From a virus (Duplodnaviria > Caudoviricetes), in the IMG/VR virus record IMGVR_UViG_3300020046_003652, positions 1 through 64,000 of that record: 64,000 nucleotides of DNA. One strand, 5' to 3'. Numbering within the stretch: the stretch's first letter is position 1; each line of letters opens with the position of its first letter. The notes beneath the pieces are model-generated. The model saw only the letters and a program-made list of their open reading frames with translations. It was not told the origin of the DNA and searched no databases. Both the position numbers and the translations under genes were made by a program. Positions 39,164 to 48,991 of the stretch are shown piece by piece.

Positions 39164-40900
39164 ATGGCTAATATACTAGATTTAATACGAAAAAATAATC
39201 CTAATTTAACATTAGATGATGCCAGAAAAGCTATGGGTATTCCTTCTGGTAATACGTTTGATATGTATGGGAATCAAGTTCCAACTCAAGATAATACAAT
39301 AGACCCACTTCCTACTATGAGTCCAATGCAAAATGCGACTCCATTCGAACCTCAAATTTATAACGAGTCTTACGATCCTATTGCAAGTTTGGATATTGAA
39401 CGTAATCCTAAAGAATCTTTTAATCCGTTTCAATCCGCTAATGCTCCTAAACCATCTCCTAGTATACCTAGACAAAAATCTACTCAACCTAGAGCAGAAA
39501 CTCCTTCTAAGGAATTAAAATTACCACAAGATGATATTCAACAAATTAATGAAGAGAATAAACAACAAGAAGAATATAAAAATGTAGAAAATCAGTATGC
39601 TCAAGAAGACAAACAAGCTCTTGATAGTACTCCTGAAATTCCAGAAGAAGGTCAATCTGATATATCAGAAGAATATCACGAATCTCCAGAAACATATGCT
39701 CAACAATTAGCTCGTGCTCAAGGAGCTGCAAATGATACACGATTACTTAACTCTTTAGCACAAGCTGGAGAATTAATAGGTTCTTCTATCGCTGGAGCTA
39801 AACCTATAGCTCAAGATATATTCAAACAAAATATCGCAAATGCAGACCAACCAGTTAAAGATCTTAGTGCTAGAATTGAAATGGAATCACATGATTCTAA
39901 TTCTGCTTATTCTAAATCATTACGTGACTTTTTAAATACTAAATTTGGAATGGAATTACCTGATACTATTTCTGGTGCTCAAATTGATAAATCTTTTAGC
40001 GGATTAGGTCTTAAGACATTTGAAGCAGACAAAGCAAGAGAAGAAGCAAGAAAAAAACAAGAGTTAGATTTACAAAATAAAAAAGAATTACAAGATATAA
40101 GACAAGAAGATAGATTAGAACAAATTAAAGCTATGGCAGCAATGAACGCTCCAATGCGAGAATCATTACTTCATGAGCGAGAATTATCTAGAGAAATGCG
40201 TGAAAGAATTTCTAAAACTGGTAAAATAAACACTGCAGCACAAAAAATGGCTTATGGTAATGGTTCTAGTTATATTACTAGGTTATATAATGATAATTTA
40301 AGAGCAGAAAAAGTATTTACTACTATTGGATTAGATCCAAAAATATCTGAAAAAGAATTAGACGCAATACCAATTGCACAATTAGATAAAGAACAAAAAT
40401 TAAAAGTAATGGAATTAGCTACTGAATTAAACGGACTTCTTTCTGGAAGTAACAATCCAGCTGCCTCTAGTCTAAATAAATTAATTCCAGCTAATATACA
40501 AATGCATAAAACAAAGGTAAAAGATTTTATTACTTCTGAATTAAATGGAGCAAATCAAGGATCTTTTGTTAAAGAAGTAGCAAAAATTGCTCGTAGGGTT
40601 AAAGAAAATTCAAAAACAAAAGTAATGGAAATAGCTAAGAAATCCTTTGGTCCGTTATCTGGATTTGCAAAAGATAAAGATCCTGAAGTTCAAGACATGT
40701 ACAGACATACATTATATATGAACGGATTAGATCCAGAAGATTTTGAAGAAGAAATTAAAACAAGAGCATCTAATTTAAAAGAAAAAGCTGCTAAAAATAA
40801 AGAAGCTAAATCTCCAGGATTAGATGCTAAATTAAAAGCAGTAGATACAATGTCAGAAGAAGAATTAGATAAAGAACTTGCAAAACGAGGAATTAAATAA
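39164..40900 (+). CDS. Internal virion protein (putative)
   Basis: Context; low-complexity and helical. Confidence 0.55.
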   Translation: MANILDLIRKNNPNLTLDDARKAMGIPSGNTFDMYGNQVPTQDNTIDPLPTMSPMQNATPFEPQIYNESYDPIASLDIERNPKESFNPFQSANAPKPSPSIPRQKSTQPRAETPSKELKLPQDDIQQINEENKQQEEYKNVENQYAQEDKQALDSTPEIPEEGQSDISEEYHESPETYAQQLARAQGAANDTRLLNSLAQAGELIGSSIAGAKPIAQDIFKQNIANADQPVKDLSARIEMESHDSNSAYSKSLRDFLNTKFGMELPDTISGAQIDKSFSGLGLKTFEADKAREEARKKQELDLQNKKELQDIRQEDRLEQIKAMAAMNAPMRESLLHERELSREMRERISKTGKINTAAQKMAYGNGSSYITRLYNDNLRAEKVFTTIGLDPKISEKELDAIPIAQLDKEQKLKVMELATELNGLLSGSNNPAASSLNKLIPANIQMHKTKVKDFITSELNGANQGSFVKEVAKIARRVKENSKTKVMEIAKKSFGPLSGFAKDKDPEVQDMYRHTLYMNGLDPEDFEEEIKTRASNLKEKAAKNKEAKSPGLDAKLKAVDTMSEEELDKELAKRGIK

Positions 40901-40901
40901 T

Positions 40902-43184
40902 ATGGCTGATTCTGCTGAACAAAAACGTATACTATTAAAAAAACAAATGCTTAAAGAACATTTGTTAAATGAAAAAGCTCCAGAAGAAGTTAAACAAGAA
41001 GAACCTCTACCTGAAGATCCTAATAAGAATACATTACGTCAAGCGTCATGGGCTGAAACTAGTCCATTAGTTCAAGGAACTAAAAATACTTTACTAGGTG
41101 TAACTGCTGGTATTCCGTTTACAGAACAAATAGCAGGTATTGTTGGTGCTTTACGTGGTAAAGGATATGCTGATTCTAGAGATAGACTTATAAACAGCGA
41201 AGAAATGGCAAATTTCGAAGATCCTGGTAAGTATGCATTTGGAAACGTTGCAGGTGGAATAGGAGTAGCTCTTGCACCAGAATTAATAGCAGGAAAAGTA
41301 TTACAAGGAGCAAATGCGGCACGAGTGGCAGCATTAGAAGCAGGAAATTTAATACCTAAAGCAACAACTGCTACTAAAATTGCTAGTGCATATAAAAATA
41401 CACCAGAACCATTAAAACAAGCAGGATTTGGTGCAATATATGGTGCTAGTAAATCCGGTGTAGATTTAACTAAAGATGATTTATCTTTAGGCGATATAGG
41501 TAATTATGCTTTTGATATAACAAAACCTACAGCATATGGTGGGTTGGTAGGTATGATCCCAGCAGCAATAGCCGGAACTATAACTAAAACTCCATTAAAA
41601 AATACAGGATATGGTAAATTATTTAAAAAATCATATGAAGAAGGTGTAGATCTTTCTAATGGTGACGTAATTGATGCATTAGCTAAAGAAAAAATAAGTA
41701 AAAGTAACGAAATAGCCGAAACTATTTTAGGAAATGCTAAGAAAAAAGCAATAGCTAAAGCTGAAGCTATAGGTCAGAATGCAGATGTTCCATTAAATCT
41801 TAAGGACATTAGACAATTCGCAGAAGAAGAACTCGGTGCCCTATCTCCAGATCTTAAGTCTAATCAACAATTAATAGCAGAAGTACAAAACGAACTTTCT
41901 CAAGCGTTTAAAGATAAAACTATTACAACTAAAGTTCCTAAAATAGATGTAACTAAAACAGAAGTACCATATGAACCTAGTAGCTTAGATAAACTAAGAG
42001 AAAAAATAGCTGATCAAAAACTAAAGGATGCAGATTTAGGTATAAATGCTAGATATGACATAAATAAAGTTAAAAATGAATTAGGTCAAGATCGACTTAA
42101 AGTAAATAAGTACGTAGATGATGTTCCAAAAGCTTCTCCTGAGAAGTTAGTAGATGAATTAGATTCACAAGGACAACCTACTGGATATAAAGTTTTAGAT
42201 GTGACAGAACAACAACCGTCTATTGATACATCAGCTAGTGTTACTGGAATACATCCAGATATCCCTGCATCTGGAGGATATTCTAAATTTACACCAGAAC
42301 AAACAATAGAAGAGTACACTAAACTAGAAAAACATCCAGAAATGTACACATTAAAAGAAGCAGATGAAATACGTAAAAACTTATCGACATTGATAGATCA
42401 ACAAAAATACAAAATAGATCCAATGGGTGGAACAAAAAGTATAGCATACGATCCGTTAAATCGAACTAGAGGAAAAATATCAGAATTAATAAATGAATCT
42501 ACTCCAGAAATATCTAAATTAAATAAAGAATTAAGAAATACAGCAGATGTTGCGGATGCTTTAGGTATGGGTAAAATGGATGCAGATACTATTGCTGATT
42601 TGTCATTAAAAGATCAATTTAAAATAGATGATCCTATTCGAGCATTAGCTAATCCTGCTTCGCACTCAGTAGAAGCAGCAAATAAACAAATGATAAATCA
42701 AAGTAAATTTATGGAAAAGCTCCAACAATTAGATCCCGCATCTGTTGAGAAATTCAAAAGAACAATGAATATATCTGAAGATTTAGATTTAGGTCAAGCA
42801 TTAGGAACTGCAGAAAAAGGGATTACTACTAGATACGGAGTAATCCAAAAATTAGCTAAACATATATCAGGAAAAGGTGGAATTGCTATTAGAGCTTTAA
42901 ATAAAGGAAATAAATATACATTTACTACTCCTGAAATAGCAACTGCATTATCTCCAGGATATAATGAACAAACAGAAGAAAAAAGACAACAATTATCTGA
43001 AATGAGTCCAGAACAAATGATGAATATTGCATCAAGACTCAAAGGTAAAGGAATTGATGGAGTTGCAACTAAGATAGAAAAAGCAGCTCAATCTAAAGAC
43101 CCTGTACAAAAAGCTCAAGCTGAATTTATAGTTAAACAGAATCCAACTGCTCGCAAACAAATTGAAAATCCAGAGGAGGAATAA
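40902..43184 (+). CDS. Large internal virion protein (putative)
   Basis: ORF track 40878-43184; G/A-rich N-terminal segments. Confidence 0.55.
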   Translation: MADSAEQKRILLKKQMLKEHLLNEKAPEEVKQEEPLPEDPNKNTLRQASWAETSPLVQGTKNTLLGVTAGIPFTEQIAGIVGALRGKGYADSRDRLINSEEMANFEDPGKYAFGNVAGGIGVALAPELIAGKVLQGANAARVAALEAGNLIPKATTATKIASAYKNTPEPLKQAGFGAIYGASKSGVDLTKDDLSLGDIGNYAFDITKPTAYGGLVGMIPAAIAGTITKTPLKNTGYGKLFKKSYEEGVDLSNGDVIDALAKEKISKSNEIAETILGNAKKKAIAKAEAIGQNADVPLNLKDIRQFAEEELGALSPDLKSNQQLIAEVQNELSQAFKDKTITTKVPKIDVTKTEVPYEPSSLDKLREKIADQKLKDADLGINARYDINKVKNELGQDRLKVNKYVDDVPKASPEKLVDELDSQGQPTGYKVLDVTEQQPSIDTSASVTGIHPDIPASGGYSKFTPEQTIEEYTKLEKHPEMYTLKEADEIRKNLSTLIDQQKYKIDPMGGTKSIAYDPLNRTRGKISELINESTPEISKLNKELRNTADVADALGMGKMDADTIADLSLKDQFKIDDPIRALANPASHSVEAANKQMINQSKFMEKLQQLDPASVEKFKRTMNISEDLDLGQALGTAEKGITTRYGVIQKLAKHISGKGGIAIRALNKGNKYTFTTPEIATALSPGYNEQTEEKRQQLSEMSPEQMMNIASRLKGKGIDGVATKIEKAAQSKDPVQKAQAEFIVKQNPTARKQIENPEEE

Positions 43185-43185
43185 A

Positions 43186-44478
43186 GTGGATGATTCATAC
43201 GAACAAAGAAGATTAAGAAAATTAATAGAGAACGAAGAAAGACAAGCTTCTTTGGATTCTCCCATGTCAAAAACCGAAAGCTTCTTAAGAGGAGGAGCAC
43301 AAGGTGCTTCTTTAGGATTTGCTGATGAATTAACTGGTGCAGGTGAAGCAGTATTAGATACGTTACAAGGTAATACTAAACCAACATTTGAAGATTTCAT
43401 AAATACATATAAACGACATAGAGATGAATCTAGAGAAAATTACAAAACAGCAGAACATACTAATCCTTATAGTTATACAGGAGGTCAAGTAGTTGGAGGT
43501 ATTGCTCCATTGATTGCCTCTGGAGGAGCTGGAGCTGGAATTCAAGGTGCAGGTAGATTAGGGGCTATTGCTGGATTAGGAGTATCTGATCAAGATTTAA
43601 CTAATTCTGATATATCAGTTGCAGATAAAGTAAAAGGAACAGGTTCCGATATGATCTCTGGTGCAGGTTTTGGGTATGCAGCTGCATCTCTTCCTACCGC
43701 GTTCTCTGCTATTAAAAGTAAAATTCGTCCTGGAGCAGCTATTTCTGAAGTTCCGGCTGATGTGTTCTATGGCAAAATACAAGATGTTTTGAAAAATCCT
43801 AATCCATTATATAAAGCAAATATAACTCCATATAATATAGATGATTATAAAAATTTTAAAACATTTTTATCTAATGATGGTAAAAGTGGATATGCTTTAA
43901 AACCTGATGGAGAATTAATTAGCGTTTTCAGTTTAGAAAAAGGGAGAGGTCCAGAATTAGTAAAAGATGCAGTAGTTAGTAAAGGAGCAACTAAATTAGA
44001 TGCTTTTGATATTAATAATAAATTACCAAATTTGTACGGTAAATATATGGATGAAACGTCTCGATTGAAGTTTGCCGATGAATACGCTCCTAAAGATTGG
44101 GACTACTCTAAATTCGGTAGACCTGACGTTGTAACAATGAATGTAAATCCAGATAAATTAAAACCAAATGATTTATCTTCTGGTGTTTTTTCTAAACTGA
44201 AAAGTAAATTAAATCCGAAATATAAAGAAACAAAAAATACACAAGATATAATTGATCAATATGTACAGAGTAGAGGAAAAGAAAGAATTAGTGAATTATC
44301 TTTTAATGAAAATGAAGAATTATTAACTAAAATAATTCCAGACCATAAACCAAATTATAGTAAAGATGTTCAAAATCTTAAAAATACTAATAGTCTCCAA
44401 GATTTAACTGCAGACCAATTATTAAATATTCCAACAGATGAATTTAAACAATTAATAAAAAGATTAAACCTGAAATAA
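43186..44478 (+). CDS. Internal virion protein with GNAT-like insert
   Basis: RGGAQGASLGFADE N-terminus; DGKSGYALKPDGELISVFS...KLDAFD...APKDW..PDVVTM. Confidence 0.6.
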   Translation: MDDSYEQRRLRKLIENEERQASLDSPMSKTESFLRGGAQGASLGFADELTGAGEAVLDTLQGNTKPTFEDFINTYKRHRDESRENYKTAEHTNPYSYTGGQVVGGIAPLIASGGAGAGIQGAGRLGAIAGLGVSDQDLTNSDISVADKVKGTGSDMISGAGFGYAAASLPTAFSAIKSKIRPGAAISEVPADVFYGKIQDVLKNPNPLYKANITPYNIDDYKNFKTFLSNDGKSGYALKPDGELISVFSLEKGRGPELVKDAVVSKGATKLDAFDINNKLPNLYGKYMDETSRLKFADEYAPKDWDYSKFGRPDVVTMNVNPDKLKPNDLSSGVFSKLKSKLNPKYKETKNTQDIIDQYVQSRGKERISELSFNENEELLTKIIPDHKPNYSKDVQNLKNTNSLQDLTADQLLNIPTDEFKQLIKRLNLK

Positions 44479-44493
44479 AGGAATAAAGATGTT

Positions 44494-44781
44494 ATGAAAA
44501 TTTCTGAAATGTTGCTTAAAATATGTGAAAATCAAGAAGAAATGAAAAATGACGTAACTGATATTAAAGTTACGTTAGCTGAGCAACATGCCACACTAGA
44601 AGATCATACTCGTAGATCTTTGTCTAATGAAGAAGCGGTGGCTTTACTTAGAGAACAAATAAAGCCCATAGAAAATCATGTATTCATGGTAAATGCTGTA
44701 GTAAAGATACTACTAGGTCTCGGAGGAGCCATTGGATTCATCGCTTCCATCCTCAAGATCGTTGAGTTTTTCCTTAAATAA
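44494..44781 (+). CDS. Coiled-coil protein with C-terminal TM (holin/XhlA-like candidate)
   Basis: Heptad region followed by a hydrophobic C-terminus. Confidence 0.5.
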   Translation: MKISEMLLKICENQEEMKNDVTDIKVTLAEQHATLEDHTRRSLSNEEAVALLREQIKPIENHVFMVNAVVKILLGLGGAIGFIASILKIVEFFLK

Positions 44782-45264
44782 CTCATCTAAATAATTATTC
44801 TCATAATTCTCTTCTTGTTGCTTCTTAAGCTCAAGAATCTGTTCATATGAATCTAACTTTCCTTGTGCTTTTTCTCTAGTGTATATACATCTATTTCTAG
44901 CATTGTTCTTTGTATAACAATCACGCTTAGCTGCTTTAGTTCTATGTAGATGATTCTTATGTCTATTGAATGAAGCATTAACAAACTCAGTATTAAACTT
45001 ATTTAACCATTCTGCTGCTTCTGGATTGTTCTTTAAATCCTTAAGATACTGAGCATCCATTTCAAGTAAATCAAATCTAGTCTTTAGATTGTATTCAGGT
45101 AATAAAGCTCTTAATTTCTTTTTGCTTCTATCAGAATTCTTATTAGCCTTAGACTTAAACTTAGGACTAGTATATCTTCTTTTAGGTGCCGCTTTTTTTG
45201 TACCTTTTTTTGCCAAGCTCTTTCGTTTTAGCTGCTTCTTTTGCTTTTTCAAGGGTAACTCCAT
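44713..45264 (-). CDS. Hypothetical basic protein
   Basis: ORF track; start uncertain. Confidence 0.7.
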   Translation of the reverse strand: MELPLKKQKKQLKRKSLAKKGTKKAAPKRRYTSPKFKSKANKNSDRSKKKLRALLPEYNLKTRFDLLEMDAQYLKDLKNNPEAAEWLNKFNTEFVNASFNRHKNHLHRTKAAKRDCYTKNNARNRCIYTREKAQGKLDSYEQILELKKQQEENYENNYLDELFKEKLNDLEDGSDESNGSSET

Positions 45265-45871
45265 CTACTCTTAAGTTGTTTTTGTCAATGTAGAAAATCT
45301 CAGGGTATCGTCTATCAAATTCTTTATAAAATTTAAAATAATAAGTTAATATCTGATTAAAATCTGTTACAGAGATAGCTGTTAATCTATTATTAATAGA
45401 CCAATCTCTATATATGTAATGTAATACTGTACCGTCTACTGCATAATCTCCAGGAATAATGTTTAATTCTTTCATCCATCGCTCTATGTTCTTTTTGAAT
45501 CTAGGAGTATTTAAATATATAGTATGTTTTGTTTTAAAAAATACTTCTTTTGCTTTATTAGTTAAAGCAACATTATCTATATTAATTAGAACATGACCAC
45601 TTTTTGATCTCTCAAGGTATATAGTTAATCTATTCATAAACTCACGCTTGTTTAGTTTCTCTGATTTATTCCAAGCAGTGTATAGTTTATAAAGTAATGA
45701 ACCTTTTACTACGTTAGTTCCTGGTTTAAGATTATAAAAAGAAACAAAGTCTAACATATTATCTGGTGCAGACTGTACATTAGACTCGTTAGTAACATCA
45801 GACTCGTTTAATTGAGAAAGTAGAGTTTCTGTATCTATTTCTTGTCTTAAAAAGTCTTTCTTTTTGTTCAT
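45182..45871 (-). CDS. Protein with two winged-helix-like repeats
   Basis: PG..V.G..L[YH]..Y..W....F occurs twice. Confidence 0.55.
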   Translation of the reverse strand: MNKKKDFLRQEIDTETLLSQLNESDVTNESNVQSAPDNMLDFVSFYNLKPGTNVVKGSLLYKLYTAWNKSEKLNKREFMNRLTIYLERSKSGHVLINIDNVALTNKAKEVFFKTKHTIYLNTPRFKKNIERWMKELNIIPGDYAVDGTVLHYIYRDWSINNRLTAISVTDFNQILTYYFKFYKEFDRRYPEIFYIDKNNLRVDGVTLEKAKEAAKTKELGKKRYKKSGT

Positions 45872-46293
45872 TAAAATTCCATTGTAATATTAAGTAAGCC
45901 GAGATTGTCTGATTTATGTCTAATATACTGTCCACCGACAAAGATAGGTCCAAGTACTCGTCTATCTATTTTAGCAGAATAAGTATCAGTTACAGCAAAA
46001 GGATTTACTCCAACCGAAGCTAACCATTGTTTTTCTGCAGGTTTAGATATAACAGATTCGAATTGTTTATCTTTTTTCTCTGTAGACTTGTCTGTAATTA
46101 CGGTAACTAATTCTTTTGTACCGTCTGGTTTAGTTATCTCCTTAATAACAGTCACTACGTCTTTTTTAATTACTTCTTTCTCTTGTACTTCTATTTTAGT
46201 TTCGATTCTTGGAGGCTGGAAATATCTTCCAGCTCCATATCCTGAAACAAATAGAACAATAGCAACTATTACTATTGTCTTAATGTTGTTCAT
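45871..46293 (-). CDS. Membrane-anchored protein (spanin-like candidate)
   Basis: N-terminal TM followed by a K/E/V/T-rich region. Confidence 0.45.
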   Translation of the reverse strand: MNNIKTIVIVAIVLFVSGYGAGRYFQPPRIETKIEVQEKEVIKKDVVTVIKEITKPDGTKELVTVITDKSTEKKDKQFESVISKPAEKQWLASVGVNPFAVTDTYSAKIDRRVLGPIFVGGQYIRHKSDNLGLLNITMEF

Positions 46294-46294
46294 A

Positions 46295-47155
46295 TTATTT
46301 AATTCCTTTTATGTAATTCTGACAATATCCAGCAGTACAAATCAATTGGAAATCTATTGTATTTTTTACAACTCCTATATTTTGTTTTTTATTTTCTTGA
46401 TCTCCACCAGAAAGACTGATCGTTGTTTCAGGTAAAGTGAAACTAACGATACCATCAGTAATATTTTCTTCTAATGCATCTTCAGCATCAAGACGTAATT
46501 CATTAGCTATTTTACTTTTGTACTGTTCGAGCGTAATACCTTGACGTTTAGCTACTTCTAAATCCATTTTAGTAGAAAATCGTTTTAAGAACGATGTCAT
46601 AGCATGCATATGATCAATATTACCAGACGTACCTGCAGATGCTGAATGAAACATAATGATAGTACGATCGGTCATATATCGTTTAACTCCATACTGGTGA
46701 ATCATTGCATCCATAGAAGCACACGTAACATAACAGATTGTATATACTGGAGCTTTACTTGCTTGAATAGCAGAGATTAACATACTACCAGTAACAACCG
46801 ATCCACCTGGACCAGATAATACTAAATAAATAGGTTCATTAGATTGTTCAGACAAATTGTTAATAACTGCAGCAGCAACTAATGCATTTTGTCCTACTTC
46901 ACCTAAAAGAGCTACTGATCTACCCGGTGGTAGAGTTAATCGTTTAATTGATTTAGATTTAATTGTTATTTCTTTTTCTTGTAATTTAGGAACACTTGGC
47001 GAATCTACTGTAAAATTAGTTTCTTCTACTGGTAAAGTTACCGCAGATGATGTACCTTCTTTCTGTGTTCTAGTAAAGAAAATTGCTCCACCTATAAGGA
47101 GAATTCCAGCTAGAATTAATCCTCTCACTCTGTTTTGTTTTTTGTTATTGTTCAC
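46295..47155 (-). CDS. ClpP/crotonase-like serine protease with N-terminal TM
   Basis: LSGPGGSV, CASM (Ser), IMFH (His), AEDA...ITD. Confidence 0.8.
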   Translation of the reverse strand: MNNNKKQNRVRGLILAGILLIGGAIFFTRTQKEGTSSAVTLPVEETNFTVDSPSVPKLQEKEITIKSKSIKRLTLPPGRSVALLGEVGQNALVAAAVINNLSEQSNEPIYLVLSGPGGSVVTGSMLISAIQASKAPVYTICYVTCASMDAMIHQYGVKRYMTDRTIIMFHSASAGTSGNIDHMHAMTSFLKRFSTKMDLEVAKRQGITLEQYKSKIANELRLDAEDALEENITDGIVSFTLPETTISLSGGDQENKKQNIGVVKNTIDFQLICTAGYCQNYIKGIK

Positions 47156-47447
47156 TATTTTTTTCTCCTTGTTGTTGTTGTGTGTCGATCTCTAGTTTTG
47201 TTTTATCTTTTGTTATTTTTCTTCCAAAGTATAAAGCTCCCATAGCCCATACCATGTTTTCAGCAATTCCCATATCCATATCTTTTACTACTTCTAATAA
47301 TCCTAATGTCCATAGGACAAAAGAAACAATTAAAAGAGTAAGACTTACCGATGGAGCATTTTTATCTCGGATGAAAGGAAAAACTATTCCTTTAGTTGCT
47401 AAATATTCATTAATTTCTGCTAATTTAGTTTTAAGACTGTCTAACAT
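47145..47447 (-). CDS. Small two-TM membrane protein (holin-like candidate)
   Basis: Two hydrophobic segments ending ALYFGRK. Confidence 0.5.
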   Translation of the reverse strand: MLDSLKTKLAEINEYLATKGIVFPFIRDKNAPSVSLTLLIVSFVLWTLGLLEVVKDMDMGIAENMVWAMGALYFGRKITKDKTKLEIDTQQQQGEKNSEQ

Positions 47448-47477
47448 ATATACACCACTTCCTTGTGTCGAACTTTT

Positions 47478-47506
47478 ATACTATAACATTTTTTTATAGA
47501 TGTCAA
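47478..47506 (-). promoter_or_regulatory. sigma70-type promoter
   Basis: TTGACA-17bp-TAGTAT. Confidence 0.7.
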
Positions 47507-47520
47507 TAGTTTTTGTTATA

Positions 47521-47955
47521 CTATTTTACTTTTTTTGTAGATTTCCTATGTATTTTTCTTAATATATTCTCTTCGTCTGTCTTAGTTTTATTACATTCTA
47601 AGCAAAGTACTTGAAATCCTTCAGTTTTTGGAAACATTCGCTTTAAATAATCATCCCAATTAGTGAATCCACTCAGTCTCACGACGGGTATCACATGATC
47701 AAGTCTCACTTCTTTCTTAGGAAAGGCTTTAGTGCAGATGTGGCATTTATACAGCCCACGATCGACTCTGGAAGCCTTTAGCGCGTCGTTCCTATACGGC
47801 CAGTATAATGTACCTCTACGCAATGTAGCAACTATATAGCGTTTTAAATAGGCATCAAATTCTACATCGTTGGTTGGTAATGGTTTTTTCTTTTTCATAC
47901 CGTCTCGTATCCAGAATAGAAGAAGAGAGTACCACTGCTTATGATAGAAGCACAA
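47521..47955 (-). CDS. HNH endonuclease-like protein
   Basis: YKCHIC...RLDHVIPV...QVLCLECNKTKT; start uncertain. Confidence 0.85.
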   Translation of the reverse strand: MCFYHKQWYSLLLFWIRDGMKKKKPLPTNDVEFDAYLKRYIVATLRRGTLYWPYRNDALKASRVDRGLYKCHICTKAFPKKEVRLDHVIPVVRLSGFTNWDDYLKRMFPKTEGFQVLCLECNKTKTDEENILRKIHRKSTKKVK

Positions 47956-48107
47956 GGGAATGGTTCTAATTCTAGATTAACTCCTATTACCATATATGAT
48001 ATATCGGTTAAACTATATTTGTTTATTATTGATTTGTGTATGTAGATGGTGTCACCTACACGTAACTTATTAGAAGATGTTGGTTTTAGCGCGAGTCCAT
48101 GCGTCAT
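47895..48107 (-). CDS. Small hypothetical protein
   Basis: ORF track; downstream of TAACAACT at 48114-48121. Confidence 0.5.
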   Translation of the reverse strand: MTHGLALKPTSSNKLRVGDTIYIHKSIINKYSLTDISYMVIGVNLELEPFPCASIISSGTLFFYSGYETV

Positions 48108-48118
48108 GTATTAAGTTG

Positions 48119-48292
48119 TTAAAGATATTCTAAATGTAGAGGAATTATAAATCCATCATGTATTGACGTATCCCAGAAAGCAGAACCACTTGAAGTATAA
48201 ATACAAGCACAGTATTCTAACGCACCATTAACAAATGAAAGAGTTGCTTTTACATTTTCGATACTATAATAATTACAACTTAATTTTATCAT
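48119..48292 (-). CDS. Micro-ORF (57 aa)
   Basis: MIKLSCNYYSIENVKATLSF...HLEYL; ATGA overlap. Confidence 0.7.
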   Translation of the reverse strand: MIKLSCNYYSIENVKATLSFVNGALEYCACIYTSSGSAFWDTSIHDGFIIPLHLEYL

Positions 48293-48567
48293 TTTAACCT
48301 AGTTCTATCTCCACAAACATTACAAGTAGCATAAACTTTTCCTACTATTTCAAATGTCTCTAGTGTTCCTTTAAAACATTCTTTACATGGTAGTATAGGT
48401 TGGGTTCCAATAGGTAACTCTTCAGTATCGTCTTGAGAATCTTCAAAGATTTGTTCATTCTTTTCTAATTGACGTATTCTTTGACGTAGAGATTTGACTA
48501 ACTTCTTTAATTGTCGTATTTCAGACAAGTAGTATTCGTCTTTTCTAGCTTCTTTGCTTCTAGCCAA
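48289..48567 (-). CDS. Coiled-coil plus Zn-ribbon protein
   Basis: CKEC...CNVC. Confidence 0.7.
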   Translation of the reverse strand: MARSKEARKDEYYLSEIRQLKKLVKSLRQRIRQLEKNEQIFEDSQDDTEELPIGTQPILPCKECFKGTLETFEIVGKVYATCNVCGDRTRLK

Positions 48568-48581
48568 CTTAAGCTCCTAGC

Positions 48582-48800
48582 TTATTTAATCTGATTGTTT
48601 ACATTTTTCGCTAGCTGAATATAGTTGTTGATTAATCCATTTACGTAAGTTTCAATGTCTAACATCTCGTCTTTACTAGGATTTCCTGAGTTTCGTTGTT
48701 GCTTAAGTATATCAATAAAATCTAATACTAATTTTAAAGCTCTATATCTAGATTTAAGATCTTGTTCTAAATTAATCATTGACGTATCTCTTCTGCACAC
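48582..48800 (-). CDS. Hypothetical protein
   Basis: ORF track. Confidence 0.6.
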   Translation of the reverse strand: MCRRDTSMINLEQDLKSRYRALKLVLDFIDILKQQRNSGNPSKDEMLDIETYVNGLINNYIQLAKNVNNQIK

Positions 48801-48988
48801 TTAGACTTAACTAATATTACATTAGAATAATCACCTAAGTATTTTTTCTCTTTTGCTTCTTTAGTAAAATCAACATGATAACTGTATTTATTTTCTAATA
48901 CAACTTTACCATATACATTATCTTCTTTAGCATCTAAAGTATTATTACTATTCATAAATACTACAGTAATTAAACAAGTTACAAACAT
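48776..48988 (-). CDS. Hypothetical protein
   Basis: ORF track. Confidence 0.6.
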   Translation of the reverse strand: MFVTCLITVVFMNSNNTLDAKEDNVYGKVVLENKYSYHVDFTKEAKEKKYLGDYSNVILVKSKCAEEIRQ

Positions 48989-48991
48989 ATA

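Noticed and set aside
13194-43545. Antisense or alternative-frame ORFs in the track (e.g. 13194-13493, 16080-16313, 19047-19376, 21954-22256, 36760-37047, 46857-47195, 55958-56182)
   Set aside because: These are shadow frames lying wholly within well-supported genes, without RBS or motif support.
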